Shown: positions 1 through 9,032 of the stretch, one piece after another | How positions within the stretch are numbered: the first letter of the stretch is position 1 | Layout of the letters: every line of letters begins with the position of its first letter | DNA from: a virus | Direction: 5' to 3' (one strand) | Length of the DNA: 24,559 nucleotides | Virus genome (UHGV): UHGV-0135335 | Program-made: the position numbers and the translations under genes | Notes under the pieces: model-generated | The model's input: only the letters and a program-made list of their open reading frames with translations | Told to the model about the DNA's origin: nothing | Database searches by the model: none

Positions 1-137
1 GGGGGAGTAAAATCCCTAAAGCCCCCCGCCATTGAGGACTGCCGCTTCCGGTCGATTTTTACGCGTGGGAAATAAGATCTTTTTTTTGGTGATTCTTAAC
101 GTAACAGAAAACGCAATTGATGCATGGAGGTGCACGG

Positions 138-572
138 ATGGCGACAGGTGTGCGCTCTCCTGGCGGGGGCCGGAAACCGAACAATGCCGGCACGCAAGTC
201 AGTTCCGTAACTCGCGCCGTTTCGCCGCCAGATGAATTGTTGGGGGATATGGCCGTTGATGCCTGGAAACGGACCTGCAAGATCATGATGAATCGTGGCA
301 ACTTCGAAATGGAAGACTGCTATTTGCTCATGGAATATTGCAACACCGTGCAGCTGTTGTACGACGCAAATCAGGAAATCAAAGGCGACGGGATAGGCGA
401 TGAAACTGCTGCCGGCGGCCAGAAGCTGGGCGCCGCGGTGAAAGCGCGCGATAAGTACATTTCGCAGCTCATCAGGCTGAGCGTCGTTCTGAAACTGGAC
501 CCGAACAGCCGAGTAAGAGTTGCTCCGGGGAAAGGTGGAAAAGAAGCGGAAAACGATTTCGACGAATTTTAA
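138..572 (+). CDS. Terminase small subunit (P27-family-like)
   Basis: ATG at 138 preceded by GGAGG (127-131). Sits immediately upstream of the large terminase. Product is small and basic, with sequence character typical of P27-type TerS. The track ORF begins at an upstream TTG (117). Confidence 0.75.
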   Translation: MATGVRSPGGGRKPNNAGTQVSSVTRAVSPPDELLGDMAVDAWKRTCKIMMNRGNFEMEDCYLLMEYCNTVQLLYDANQEIKGDGIGDETAAGGQKLGAAVKARDKYISQLIRLSVVLKLDPNSRVRVAPGKGGKEAENDFDEF

Positions 573-573
573 T

Positions 574-589
574 TGGGACCACGGTCCCA
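574..589. other. Putative SopB-binding centromere-like palindrome, copy 1 (TGGGACCACGGTCCCA)
   Basis: 16-bp inverted repeat read directly from the sequence, lying in the terS/terL junction. It is the reverse complement of copy 2. Confidence 0.7.
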
Positions 590-599
590 TTTTTTATGG

Positions 600-2321
600 A
601 TGAGTTATATGGCCGCATACCCGAACGTCAATCTGGCGAACCAGTATGCGCGTGATGTGCTAAGCGGCAGCATAGTCGCCTGCAAATACATCCGGCTGGC
701 CTGCCAGCGCCATTTTGACGACCTGAAAAAATCACTGGATAAGGATTATCCGTACCGGTTTGACCGGGATTTAGCTGAACGTGCATGTCGATTTGTTCAG
801 CTGCTACCCCACTCCAGTGGGGACCTCAAAGGGCAGAAACTGAAGCTGGAAATGTGGCAAGCCTTCGCTTTCTGTTCAATCTTCGGCTGGGTTACGAAAT
901 CCAACAAAAAACGACGCTTTAAGGAAGCCTACATCCGCGTTGCCCGTAAAAACGGTAAATCGTTTATATCTGCGGGCATTGGTATGTATATGTTCTGCGC
1001 TGATGGCGAAAACAGCGCAGAAGTCTACTGTGGCGCCACGCAGATGAGGCAGGCCAAGAAGGTCTTCACCCCAGCCCAACAAATCGCAAAAATGTTGCCG
1101 GCGTTGCGCCGGCGTTTTGATGTTTCAGTCTGGACGGAAAAGCTGACGCGTCCGGACGGTTCGGTATTTGCACCAGTCGTCGGCGACCCGGGTGATGGTG
1201 ACTCGCCTAGCTGCGCCATTGTTGACGAATACCACGAACACAAGACAGACCGGCTATACCAGGCAATGACGACAGGGATGGGTGCCCGTAGCCAGCCCCT
1301 GGTGCTTATCATTACCACTGCAGGCGTTGACCTCGAATCGCCCTGCTACGACAAGGACAAGGAGGTCAAAGAGGTACTGGACGGCATTACGCCGAACGAG
1401 CGCCTGTTCGGCATGATCTACGAGCTGGATCAGGGGGATGACTGGACCGACCCGGCCCATCTAATTAAGGCAAACCCAAACCTCAACGTGTCTGTGATGT
1501 ACAACGACCTGGTTGAAAAGCTGGAGATCGCCAAAAAAGTTCCCCGCATGACGAACGGGTTTAAGACTAAGCACCTCAACATGTGGGTCTCCGGCGCCAC
1601 GGCGTTCTTCAACATGGAGCAATGGAAAGAGGCTGAGGACAAGACGCTGAAGCTGGCAGACTTTGCTGATGATGATGCCCATCTGGGTCTGGACCTTGCG
1701 AAAAAGCTGGATATGAACGCATGCATCCCGCTGTTTACCCGGGAAATTGAGGGCAAAAAACATTACTACGCCGTCGGCTCTAAATTCTGGGTACCGGAAG
1801 ACACTGTGCACAGTACCGATCCGAAGCATCTGAAAGCTGCAGATCGATACCGGAAATTCGTCAATATGAATGTGCTGGACGCGACGGATGGCGCCGAGGC
1901 CGATTACCGCGAAATTCACGCCAGTATCCTCGATCTCCGGCAGGAAATCAGGATCAAAGAGGCTGATATCGACCCTGCAGGTGCGACGGCGTTACGCCAT
2001 CTGCTGGAAGATGAAGGGGTGGAGTGTGTCGAGATCACCCAGAATTTCCAGAACATGTCCCCTGCGATGAAAGAGCTTGAGGCGGCGCTCGCCGGCGGGC
2101 GATTCCATCACGATGGAAACCCGATTTTGACCTGGTGTATCAGCAACGTCCTAGGAATATTTATTCCTGGCAGCGATGACATAGTGCGCCCAGGCAAAGG
2201 CGACAAACAGAGCAAAATCGACGGCGCGACAGCGTTATTCAATGCCCTGACCCGCGCGCTGCAAAATGGCGGCGGTGGCGGCGGGAAATCTATTTACGAT
2301 GAGGAAGATGTCGCATGTTAA
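600..2321 (+). CDS. Terminase large subunit
   Basis: Long ORF of about 574 aa directly after TerS, with an ATPase N-terminal half and an acidic-residue nuclease-like C-terminal half. Start is ambiguous between TTG 573, ATG 600 and ATG 609; ATG 600 is chosen. The 573-599 stretch contains a SopB-type palindrome. Confidence 0.85.
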   Translation: MSYMAAYPNVNLANQYARDVLSGSIVACKYIRLACQRHFDDLKKSLDKDYPYRFDRDLAERACRFVQLLPHSSGDLKGQKLKLEMWQAFAFCSIFGWVTKSNKKRRFKEAYIRVARKNGKSFISAGIGMYMFCADGENSAEVYCGATQMRQAKKVFTPAQQIAKMLPALRRRFDVSVWTEKLTRPDGSVFAPVVGDPGDGDSPSCAIVDEYHEHKTDRLYQAMTTGMGARSQPLVLIITTAGVDLESPCYDKDKEVKEVLDGITPNERLFGMIYELDQGDDWTDPAHLIKANPNLNVSVMYNDLVEKLEIAKKVPRMTNGFKTKHLNMWVSGATAFFNMEQWKEAEDKTLKLADFADDDAHLGLDLAKKLDMNACIPLFTREIEGKKHYYAVGSKFWVPEDTVHSTDPKHLKAADRYRKFVNMNVLDATDGAEADYREIHASILDLRQEIRIKEADIDPAGATALRHLLEDEGVECVEITQNFQNMSPAMKELEAALAGGRFHHDGNPILTWCISNVLGIFIPGSDDIVRPGKGDKQSKIDGATALFNALTRALQNGGGGGGKSIYDEEDVAC

Positions 2322-2497
2322 ATGTGATTGCAGTCTTAGTTTTTCTGGTCGGGCTGGCTGGCGCGGTGATGGTTTCTGCCGGTGCTTGGCTAATTGCCCC
2401 AGCTGCCGGGCTGATCACTGGTGGCGTCCTCTGCATTTTTTGCTCATGCGTTTGGGCTAAATCGCTGGGTAAAGCGGCTGATAAAGGGGGTAACTAA
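2315..2497 (+). CDS. Small hydrophobic protein, likely two transmembrane helices (hypothetical)
   Basis: 60-aa ORF whose ATG overlaps the terL stop (ATGTTAA) and whose stop overlaps the portal ATG (TAATG), suggesting translational coupling. Product is dominated by L/V/A/G hydrophobic stretches. Confidence 0.4.
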   Translation: MLNVIAVLVFLVGLAGAVMVSAGAWLIAPAAGLITGGVLCIFCSCVWAKSLGKAADKGGN

Positions 2498-3759
2498 TGT
2501 TTATCCCCCAATTTTTCCAGGGTGGCCAGAAAGCCGGTACCAACAGCAGCGACTGGACAATCCTCGGCGGTATGAGGGGTGGAAGCAGCTCATCGGGCAT
2601 AATTATCACACCGGAAACGGCCATGGCCATGTCGGCGGTCCGGGCATGTGTGACGCTTCTGGCTGAGTCGGTGGCGCAGCTGCCGTGCGAACTGTATCGC
2701 CGGGATGAAAAAGGCGGGCGTATTCGGGCGACCGATCACCCACTCTATGACCTAATTCACTCCCAGCCCAACAAGAAAGACACCTCCTTTGAATACTACG
2801 AGCAGCAGCAGGGCGCGCTGGGCATTGAAGGTAACTCGTTTGCGCTGATTGAGCGCAACGGGAAAGGTGAGCCGACGGAATTGATTCCAGTGAACCCGAA
2901 AAAGGTCATTGTGATGAAAGGCCCGGACGCGATGCCTTATTACCATCTTCCCGATCTCGGCGAAACATTGCCGATGCGTATGGTGCATCACGTTAAATAT
3001 TTCTCGTTCGACGGTTATGTCGGCACTTCGCCGATTCAGACGAACGCTGATGTACTCGGCCTCGGCCTGGCTGTTGAGCAGCACGCGGCCCAGGTATTTG
3101 CGCGCGGCACGACAATGAGTGGTGTGATTGAACGCCCAGCAGAAGCCACGGCCATTAAGAGCCAGGAGGCGATTGATAAGCTGCTGGCCAAATGGACGGA
3201 TCGTTATTCCGGCGTCCGTAATGCGTTCTCTGTCGCGCTGCTGCAGGAGGGAATGAGCTATAAGCAGCTTTCCCAGGACAACGAGAAAGCGCAGCTGCTG
3301 GAATCGCGTAAATGGTCGGTGAACGAAATCTGCCGGCTGTATAAAGTCCCGCCGCACATGATTCAGCTGCTGGAGCAGTCCACGAACAACAACATCGAGC
3401 ACCAGGGCCTGCAATACGTGATGTACACGCTGCTGGCCTGGCTGAAGCGACATGAAAGCGCCATGATGCGCGATCTGCTGCTGCCCAGCGAACGCCGGGA
3501 TCTGTATATCGAATTCAATGTTTCCTCGCTGCTGCGAGGGGACCAGAAATCGCGCTATGAATCCTACGCGCTGGGGCGCCAGTGGGGCTGGTTATCGGTT
3601 AACGATATCCGTCGAATGGAGAACCTGCCGCCTATTCCTGGTGGTGAAACATATCTGACACCGCTGAATATGGTGGACAGCGCCAAGTTGCCGGCAAATA
3701 TCAATAAAGCCTCACCGCAGCAAATTAGTGAGATTGAAGCCATTCTGGCACGTACCTGA
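2497..3759 (+). CDS. Portal protein (HK97 family)
   Basis: 420-aa ORF after terminase; sequence character and position are typical of HK97-type portals. SD AAGGGGG at 2484-2490. Confidence 0.85.
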   Translation: MFIPQFFQGGQKAGTNSSDWTILGGMRGGSSSSGIIITPETAMAMSAVRACVTLLAESVAQLPCELYRRDEKGGRIRATDHPLYDLIHSQPNKKDTSFEYYEQQQGALGIEGNSFALIERNGKGEPTELIPVNPKKVIVMKGPDAMPYYHLPDLGETLPMRMVHHVKYFSFDGYVGTSPIQTNADVLGLGLAVEQHAAQVFARGTTMSGVIERPAEATAIKSQEAIDKLLAKWTDRYSGVRNAFSVALLQEGMSYKQLSQDNEKAQLLESRKWSVNEICRLYKVPPHMIQLLEQSTNNNIEHQGLQYVMYTLLAWLKRHESAMMRDLLLPSERRDLYIEFNVSSLLRGDQKSRYESYALGRQWGWLSVNDIRRMENLPPIPGGETYLTPLNMVDSAKLPANINKASPQQISEIEAILART

Positions 3760-3762
3760 AAC

Positions 3763-3790
3763 AAGCCCGCAGCCGTGGGCTTTTCTTTTG
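3763..3790 (+). terminator. Weak hairpin plus T-tract between portal and protease (possible attenuator)
   Basis: AAGCCC-gcagccgt-GGGCTT followed by TTTTCTTTT. Short stem, so low confidence. Confidence 0.3.
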
Positions 3791-3799
3791 GTGGAAACC

Positions 3800-4711
3800 A
3801 TGAAATTAAAAATGATTAACCTTCCGCACCTCGCGGATCAGGTCTTCGGTGTTCCGCACTATGCCACGCGCCAGATCATGGACTCGGTGAAAGCTGTCCT
3901 GGTCCCGCGCCTGCAGGGGAACGGTTCTCCGGATTTGTCTATGGCATTCGAATCTGACGACGTTCCGGAGCCAGAGAAAACGCAGGCCGCAGGCGGCGTT
4001 GCAGTGATTCCCGTTCACGGCATCCTGGTGCCGCGGCGCGGCCAGATTACGGCGGCCTGTACCGAACTGGCCAGCTACGAGCGAATCCGCGGCATGATTA
4101 GCGCCGCGCTGAGCGATACAGCCGTCAGTGAAATTGTGCTGGATATCAACTCCGGCGGTGGTGCAGCAGCCGGATGTAAAGAACTGGCCGATTACATCTT
4201 CCAGTCGCGTGAAGTGAAGCCGATCACCGCAATCGTCAATTTCAGCGCGTACTCAGCAGCGTATTTCATCGCGTCGGCATGCAGCAAAGTCATCGTGAGC
4301 CAGACCAGTGGTGTCGGTTCGATTGGCGTCATCATGGAGCACATGGAGGCGTCAAAGTGGGAAGAGAATATCGGCCTGAAGTTTACGACGATTTTCCGCG
4401 GCGATAACAAGAACAATGGCTCGCAACACGAACCGCTGAGCGAGCAGGCCCAGGCGATGTTTCAGGGCATGATCGATGACATGTACGAGAAGTTCACGTC
4501 CTCGGTCGCTGAATATCGTGGGCTGAACCAGCAAGCGGTTATCGATACGCAGGCCGCATTCTATTTCGGTGCTGATGCAGTTGCCGTCGGTCTGGCCGAT
4601 GAAGTTTCCGATCCGCAATCGGCGATCAACGCGATTGCAGCGAAGTACCGAACCCCACAGCAATCAATCCTGTTACGGGCCTCAGTCATGGACATGCAGA
4701 CCCAACTTTAA
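3800..4711 (+). CDS. Head maturation protease / scaffold (S49 / ClpP-like peptidase family)
   Basis: ATG 3800 (MKLKMINL) with GGTGGA upstream. Product contains VIPVHGIL...LDINSGGG...SAYSAAYFIASAC, typical of S49/SppA-type phage prohead proteases. The track ORF extends upstream to 3728, inside the portal gene. Confidence 0.8.
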   Translation: MKLKMINLPHLADQVFGVPHYATRQIMDSVKAVLVPRLQGNGSPDLSMAFESDDVPEPEKTQAAGGVAVIPVHGILVPRRGQITAACTELASYERIRGMISAALSDTAVSEIVLDINSGGGAAAGCKELADYIFQSREVKPITAIVNFSAYSAAYFIASACSKVIVSQTSGVGSIGVIMEHMEASKWEENIGLKFTTIFRGDNKNNGSQHEPLSEQAQAMFQGMIDDMYEKFTSSVAEYRGLNQQAVIDTQAAFYFGADAVAVGLADEVSDPQSAINAIAAKYRTPQQSILLRASVMDMQTQL

Positions 4712-4736
4712 CCCGACGCCTACGCGTCACCCTGAA

Positions 4737-4760
4737 AGCAGCCATATGGCTGCTTTTTTT
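4737..4760 (+). terminator. Rho-independent terminator-like hairpin between protease and capsid genes
   Basis: Perfect palindrome AGCAGCCAT|ATGGCTGCT followed by TTTTTTT. Confidence 0.55.
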
Positions 4761-4783
4761 ATGTCTAAAAAGAGAGAAAAATT

Positions 4784-6073
4784 ATGCCTCAGATTGAAGA
4801 ATTACGTCGTCAGCGCGCGGGTATTAACGATCAGGTTCAGGCTCTGGCTCAGGTTGAACTGGGCGGCGGCGTATTGTCCGCTGAGCAACTGACTCAGTTT
4901 AACAGCCTGCAGCAGCAGTTCACTGATATCACCGCCCAAATCACCCGCCTGGAAGCGGCAGAACGCGCCGCAGCAGCGGTGGCGGTCCCGGTATCCGCAA
5001 CGGGTACTGGCGCGCCGGAGATTCATGTGAAAGCCGAACCGCCGCAGTACAAGGGCGCGAGCATGACCCGCATGGTTATGGCTATTGCTGCCGGTGGTGG
5101 TGATCTGGGCCTGGCGCAGACCTTTGCCGCTAAGGAACTGAACGATAATCAGGTCGCGATGGCGATCAGCACTGCCGCCGGCTCTGGTGGCGCGCTGGTT
5201 CCGACCAATATGCAGAACGAAGTGATCGAGCTGCTGCGCGACCGTACCATCGTTCGTAAATTGGGTGCGCGTTCCGTGCCGCTGCCGAACGGCAACCTTG
5301 CTCTCCCGCGCCTGGCCGGTGGTTCGACTGCCAGCTATGTCGGTGAAGGGAAGGATGTGAAAGCCAGCGGCGCCAGCTTTGATGATGTGAAACTCAGCGC
5401 GAAAACGCTGATCTGTATGGTTCCGCTGTCGAACCAGCTGATCGGTCGTGCCGGGTTCTCTGTCGAGCAGCTGGTGCTGGGCGATATCATCAGCGGTATT
5501 GCTACCCGCGAAGATAAAGCCTTCCTGCGTGATGATGGTACCGCAGACACCCCGAAAGGGATGAAAGCAGTTGCCACAGCTTCAGCGCGCATTAAAGCCT
5601 GGGATAAAGATGCGGATATCACCCTGCAGACCATCGATACCTATCTGGATGGGCTGATTCTGATGACCATGGACGGCAACAGCAACATGCTGCAGTGCGG
5701 CTGGGGTATGTCCAACCGTACCTACATGAAGCTGTTTGGTCTGCGTGATGGTAACGGGAACAAGGTATACCCGGAAATGGCCAGCGGTATGCTGAAAGGC
5801 TATCCGATTGAGCGTACCAGCGCGATCCCGGCTAACCTCGGCACCGGCGGTAACGAGTCCGAGATTTACTTCGCTGACTTCAGCGATGTGCTGATCGGTG
5901 AAGAAGGTGATATGAAGGTCGATTTCTCCCGTGAAGCGACTTACATCGATGCCGACGGCAACACCGTTTCGGCGTTCGCCCGTAACCAGTCCCTGATCCG
6001 CGTTATCGTTGAGCACGATATTGGTTTCCGTCACGTCGAAGGTCTGGCGCTCGGTACCGGCGTTCTCTGGTAA
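4784..6073 (+). CDS. Major capsid protein (HK97 fold) with N-terminal coiled-coil delta domain
   Basis: 429-aa ORF. N-terminal about 100 aa are coiled-coil-like (QIEELRRQRAGINDQVQAL...), followed by a Gly-rich body typical of HK97-family capsid proteins. A strong terminator follows. Confidence 0.9.
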   Translation: MPQIEELRRQRAGINDQVQALAQVELGGGVLSAEQLTQFNSLQQQFTDITAQITRLEAAERAAAAVAVPVSATGTGAPEIHVKAEPPQYKGASMTRMVMAIAAGGGDLGLAQTFAAKELNDNQVAMAISTAAGSGGALVPTNMQNEVIELLRDRTIVRKLGARSVPLPNGNLALPRLAGGSTASYVGEGKDVKASGASFDDVKLSAKTLICMVPLSNQLIGRAGFSVEQLVLGDIISGIATREDKAFLRDDGTADTPKGMKAVATASARIKAWDKDADITLQTIDTYLDGLILMTMDGNSNMLQCGWGMSNRTYMKLFGLRDGNGNKVYPEMASGMLKGYPIERTSAIPANLGTGGNESEIYFADFSDVLIGEEGDMKVDFSREATYIDADGNTVSAFARNQSLIRVIVEHDIGFRHVEGLALGTGVLW

Positions 6074-6087
6074 TCGACCACAGCCAC

Positions 6088-6116
6088 AAAGGCCCGCTTT
6101 GCGGGCCTTTTTTATT
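6088..6116 (+). terminator. Rho-independent terminator after major capsid gene
   Basis: GGCCCGC-ttt-GCGGGCC stem followed by TTTTTTATT. Confidence 0.8.
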
Positions 6117-6137
6117 CACTTTTGCTGGAGATAGACC

Positions 6138-6485
6138 ATGGCTGGAAAATCTAAAAAAGATGCCGGTGCAGACACCACAACTTCCGTTGATGGTGGTGAT
6201 GCGATTATTGATACCGCCAATATTGTCGACGGTGTGATTTCTGCTGATGCGATCACCGGTGATGAAATTGGGACCGTGGTCCCAGCGGTTAAATCCGCGC
6301 CGGAACGTCGCGCTGTTGTGTTCCTGGGGCCATATCATCGCTATTCGCGCGCTGATGTCGCTGCATTCGATGCTGAATACGCTGAAGAGCTGGTTACGCG
6401 CAAAATTGCAGCCTGGCCAGAAGATGCGAAGCGTGCGTTGAATCCTCGTTGGGGAGACGATGACCATGAAACCGACATTGGATGA
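6138..6485 (+). CDS. Hypothetical acidic protein (Asp/Gly/Ala-rich N-terminus)
   Basis: ATG 6138 with GGAG at 6127-6130. 115 aa. Contains palindrome copy 2 within its coding sequence (EIGTVVPAV). Confidence 0.5.
   Translation: MAGKSKKDAGADTTTSVDGGDAIIDTANIVDGVISADAITGDEIGTVVPAVKSAPERRAVVFLGPYHRYSRADVAAFDAEYAEELVTRKIAAWPEDAKRALNPRWGDDDHETDIG
6269..6284. other. Putative SopB-binding centromere-like palindrome, copy 2 (TGGGACCGTGGTCCCA)
   Basis: 16-bp inverted repeat inside the 6138-6485 ORF. Confidence 0.7.
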
Positions 6486-6789
6486 AGTTAAGGTCCAGCT
6501 TCGCCTCGAGCTGGATTTTACCGAGCATGACGATCTGCTGACGCGCCTGATTGGTGCCGCGCGTCGCAGTATCGAGCGCTCGTATTACTGTCGCCTGGCA
6601 GAATCGCAGGATGAACTGGACAAACTTCCGGATGGTCCACCGGCGTACCTGATTGATGACGATATCCAACTGGCCATGCAGATGATGGTCGCCCACTGGT
6701 ATCTCAACCCGACAGGGGCTGGCGAAGGAACGCCGTCAGAACTTGGCGTCTCTTACCTGCTGTTTCCGCTGATGGAGCATACCGTATGA
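6460..6789 (+). CDS. Head-tail connector protein (gp6-like)
   Basis: 109-aa product with LDEVKVQLRLE...DDLLTRLIGAARRSIE, characteristic of gp6-type head-tail connector proteins. Lies after the capsid gene. Confidence 0.75.
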   Translation: MTMKPTLDEVKVQLRLELDFTEHDDLLTRLIGAARRSIERSYYCRLAESQDELDKLPDGPPAYLIDDDIQLAMQMMVAHWYLNPTGAGEGTPSELGVSYLLFPLMEHTV

Positions 6790-7130
6790 GCCAGAAACCA
6801 CTGCAACCCGGAGAGCTGAATTGCCGGTTGTCGTTCAGCTACATCGTTATCGGCGAAGGACCGCTGGGTGAGCCGCTGCCGGCGCAGGAGGTGCAAGCGG
6901 GGAAAGCCTGGGCGAAGAAAGAGCTGATTTCAGGCCGGAAAATCCGGACGCTGGACCAGCAGCAGGTGGTCGAAACCTGTGAATTTACCCTCTATCCGCG
7001 TGAAGTGGATATCGACTGGAAGGTGGCCACAAAGGACCGGGTTTATACCGTTCGCAATGTTGACCGACTTCCGGACCGCATGATCATTACGGGGGAGGCT
7101 GACGGGCGCCATGATCGAGCTGGCAATTAA
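6786..7130 (+). CDS. Head closure / head-tail adaptor protein
   Basis: ATGA overlap with the connector stop. 114 aa with C-terminal DRVYTVRNVD...MIITGEA, typical of head-tail joining (SPP1 gp16-like) proteins. Confidence 0.7.
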   Translation: MSQKPLQPGELNCRLSFSYIVIGEGPLGEPLPAQEVQAGKAWAKKELISGRKIRTLDQQQVVETCEFTLYPREVDIDWKVATKDRVYTVRNVDRLPDRMIITGEADGRHDRAGN

Positions 7131-7491
7131 ACCTGCGCTGGAGCGCATAACGGGCCTGAAAGCGTACCCGCTGCTGCTGCCTGATAGCGTGCAGGAAGGG
7201 GCAACCTTTCAGCGTATTTCCGACCCGCAGGTCGGTGATGGCCTGGTGCGTACCGGGCTAATTGACGTCCGGATGCAGGTCAATCTTTATCTGATTGATG
7301 ATTACACCCGCGCGTTGCAGCTGGATAGAGCATTGTGGGCCGAGTGGAAAACCCTGGTACATGGAGAGCTTGAGGGCCATCCGGTCCAGTACGTCGAGCG
7401 AGGCGGCATCCAGCAGGATAAAGTCACCCTGACCAGTGGCCGCGTGCAGTACCGCCTTGTCCGCGATTTCACTTTTACCGTTCCGGAGTAA
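7111..7491 (+). CDS. Neck / tail-completion protein (hypothetical, gp9-like position)
   Basis: 126-aa ORF in the expected position between head closure and tail terminator genes. Assignment is by synteny only. Confidence 0.5.
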   Translation: MIELAIKPALERITGLKAYPLLLPDSVQEGATFQRISDPQVGDGLVRTGLIDVRMQVNLYLIDDYTRALQLDRALWAEWKTLVHGELEGHPVQYVERGGIQQDKVTLTSGRVQYRLVRDFTFTVPE

Positions 7492-7496
7492 CTCCC

Positions 7497-7907
7497 ATGG
7501 AGATGGAAATCAAATTCCCGACCGGGAAGGATTTCGATCGGATTCTGGAAGATATCGACAAAAAAGTAGGTGTGAAGTTGCTACGTGATGCCGGACGTGA
7601 GGCGATGAAAATCGTTCAGCTGGACATGATTAGCAACGCCGGTTTCGATGAGGAAAGTACCGGGCCGCACATGCGCGATAGCATCAAAATTCGTAGTACC
7701 AACGTAGCAGAAACCTCCCGCTATAACACGATCGTCACGCTTCGTGTCGGTCCCAGCAAAACCCATCACATGAAAGCCCTGGCTCAAGAGTTTGGCACCG
7801 TTAAGCAGGTTGCCAAACCGTTTATTCGCCCGGCGCTGGATTACAACGTTCAGAAAGTCCTGCAGGTGCTGGCAACTGAAATCCGCATCGGGCTGGAAGG
7901 TCAATAA
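7497..7907 (+). CDS. Tail-component protein, HK97 gp10 family
   Basis: 136 aa containing STGPHMRDSIK, resembling the TG-x-L/M-R-x-SI signature of HK97 gp10-like proteins. Sits immediately upstream of the major tail gene. Confidence 0.6.
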   Translation: MEMEIKFPTGKDFDRILEDIDKKVGVKLLRDAGREAMKIVQLDMISNAGFDEESTGPHMRDSIKIRSTNVAETSRYNTIVTLRVGPSKTHHMKALAQEFGTVKQVAKPFIRPALDYNVQKVLQVLATEIRIGLEGQ

Positions 7908-7920
7908 TCGGAGATAAAAA

Positions 7921-8397
7921 ATGGCAGACGATATCAAATCCCCCTCGGAGTATGCATCCCTTCCGGCGGGTACCCGCGTTTATTACGGCGCCGTTGGCGC
8001 TACGATCGCTACCGCAAAACTGTTGCAGTCGGCAACCGCCATCGGGGCCACCGGCAACAAAGGGACGTTTATCGAAGTTACCCGCCTGATCGACACTGAG
8101 CCGAAGTACATGGCTGATATGGGCGAAGGTGAAGACAAAACGCTGGTCTTTATCGATGACCCGGATGATGTTGCACAGCAGGCGCTGCTGGCTTCTGCTG
8201 ACGCGAAAGAAACGGTTGTCTTTTTCATGCAGTTCCCGAACCGTCGCCTGGCAGAGATTCAGCTCGTTCTGGCCGGCTGGAGCATGCAGACCGTCGATTC
8301 ACCGAAAGGAAAGGTGCTACAGCTGGAGGTTTACGGCAAGCAGAACAAACTGAAATGGACGGTGACCCCCGCCGAACCGGACCAGGGCGGCGCGTAA
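7921..8397 (+). CDS. Major tail (tube) protein
   Basis: 158-aa ORF located between the neck proteins and the G/GT chaperone genes. Assignment is by synteny and size. Confidence 0.6.
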   Translation: MADDIKSPSEYASLPAGTRVYYGAVGATIATAKLLQSATAIGATGNKGTFIEVTRLIDTEPKYMADMGEGEDKTLVFIDDPDDVAQQALLASADAKETVVFFMQFPNRRLAEIQLVLAGWSMQTVDSPKGKVLQLEVYGKQNKLKWTVTPAEPDQGGA

Positions 8398-8448
8398 TCC
8401 TTTGGCCATTGCCAGCCACTTCCTTCATTTATCATCAGGATCATCATC

Positions 8449-8793
8449 ATGAACTACAAATCGCTGACCACCCCGCTGAACACCACCACTGAAAAAACGC
8501 TGCTTGGCCAGAAGGTGTTTATCCGCCGCCTGACTAATACCGAGCTGGATAATTACAACGATACGGTTGATGCAGCACGCAAAGAAGGCCAATCGTCGCG
8601 CCAGCTGTCCATTCTGGGTGCCAGTTTGTTCCTGCAGGCGTTGGTTAACGAAGATGGCTCTCGCCCTGGGAAAAAGGACCTTCCGACGGCGGAAGAACTG
8701 CTCGACGCGCATGCTTCAGCTGATTTGCTGCAGGCGATTACCACCGTCCAGCGCTATTCCTATGGCACGCCAGAGGAAGCGGAAAAAAACTAA
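8449..8793 (+). CDS. Tail assembly chaperone (lambda gpG-like)
   Basis: 114-aa acidic product immediately upstream of the tape measure gene. Ends with slippery A AAA AAC followed by TAA. Confidence 0.7.
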   Translation: MNYKSLTTPLNTTTEKTLLGQKVFIRRLTNTELDNYNDTVDAARKEGQSSRQLSILGASLFLQALVNEDGSRPGKKDLPTAEELLDAHASADLLQAITTVQRYSYGTPEEAEKN

Positions 8794-9032
8794 CCACCTC
8801 GCCCCGGCTCAGACTGCTGTTCATGCTGGCAGACCGCTGGGGCGAGCCTGACCCGCGCAAACTTGGTGACCTGCCGGCGCACATTCTCACCTATTGGGAG
8901 GCATATTTTAACCTCCTGAAGACTGAGACCGCCGGCGAGCCACCGCCATCATCACCGCAGCCTGCTGTTGCACCGTCTGAGGGCGCTCAGCAGTTCGCTG
9001 ATTGTCTGAGGATCTTAGGAAATGGCGGCTGA
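8449..9032 (+). CDS. Tail assembly chaperone frameshift product (gpGT-like); -1 slip at A AAA AAC (8784-8790)
   Basis: The -1 frame is open from the slippery heptamer through to 9032 (KKLTTSPRLRLLFMLADRWG...). Its end overlaps the tape-measure start. This is the conserved arrangement in lambda-like tails. Confidence 0.6.

Noticed and set aside
1-137. Possible cos / packaging site upstream of terS (G-rich first bases, T-run at 81-89)
   Set aside because: I cannot match it to a known cohesive-end sequence from memory, and the window start is arbitrary. Left unannotated.
32-235. 67-aa plus-strand ORF at the window start
   Set aside because: Out of frame with terS and overlaps its start. The product is Arg-rich and of low complexity, so it is likely spurious.
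96-590. 164-aa minus-strand ORF overlapping the small terminase gene
   Set aside because: Antisense shadow of a confidently assigned gene. No start context, and no recognisable product.
2752-3453. 233-aa minus-strand ORF inside the portal gene
   Set aside because: Antisense to the portal gene. Long open antisense frames are common in GC-rich coding DNA.
5582-6467. Minus-strand ORFs of 150 and 154 aa overlapping the capsid gene and the downstream gene
   Set aside because: Antisense shadows. They span a strong plus-strand terminator and intergenic region.
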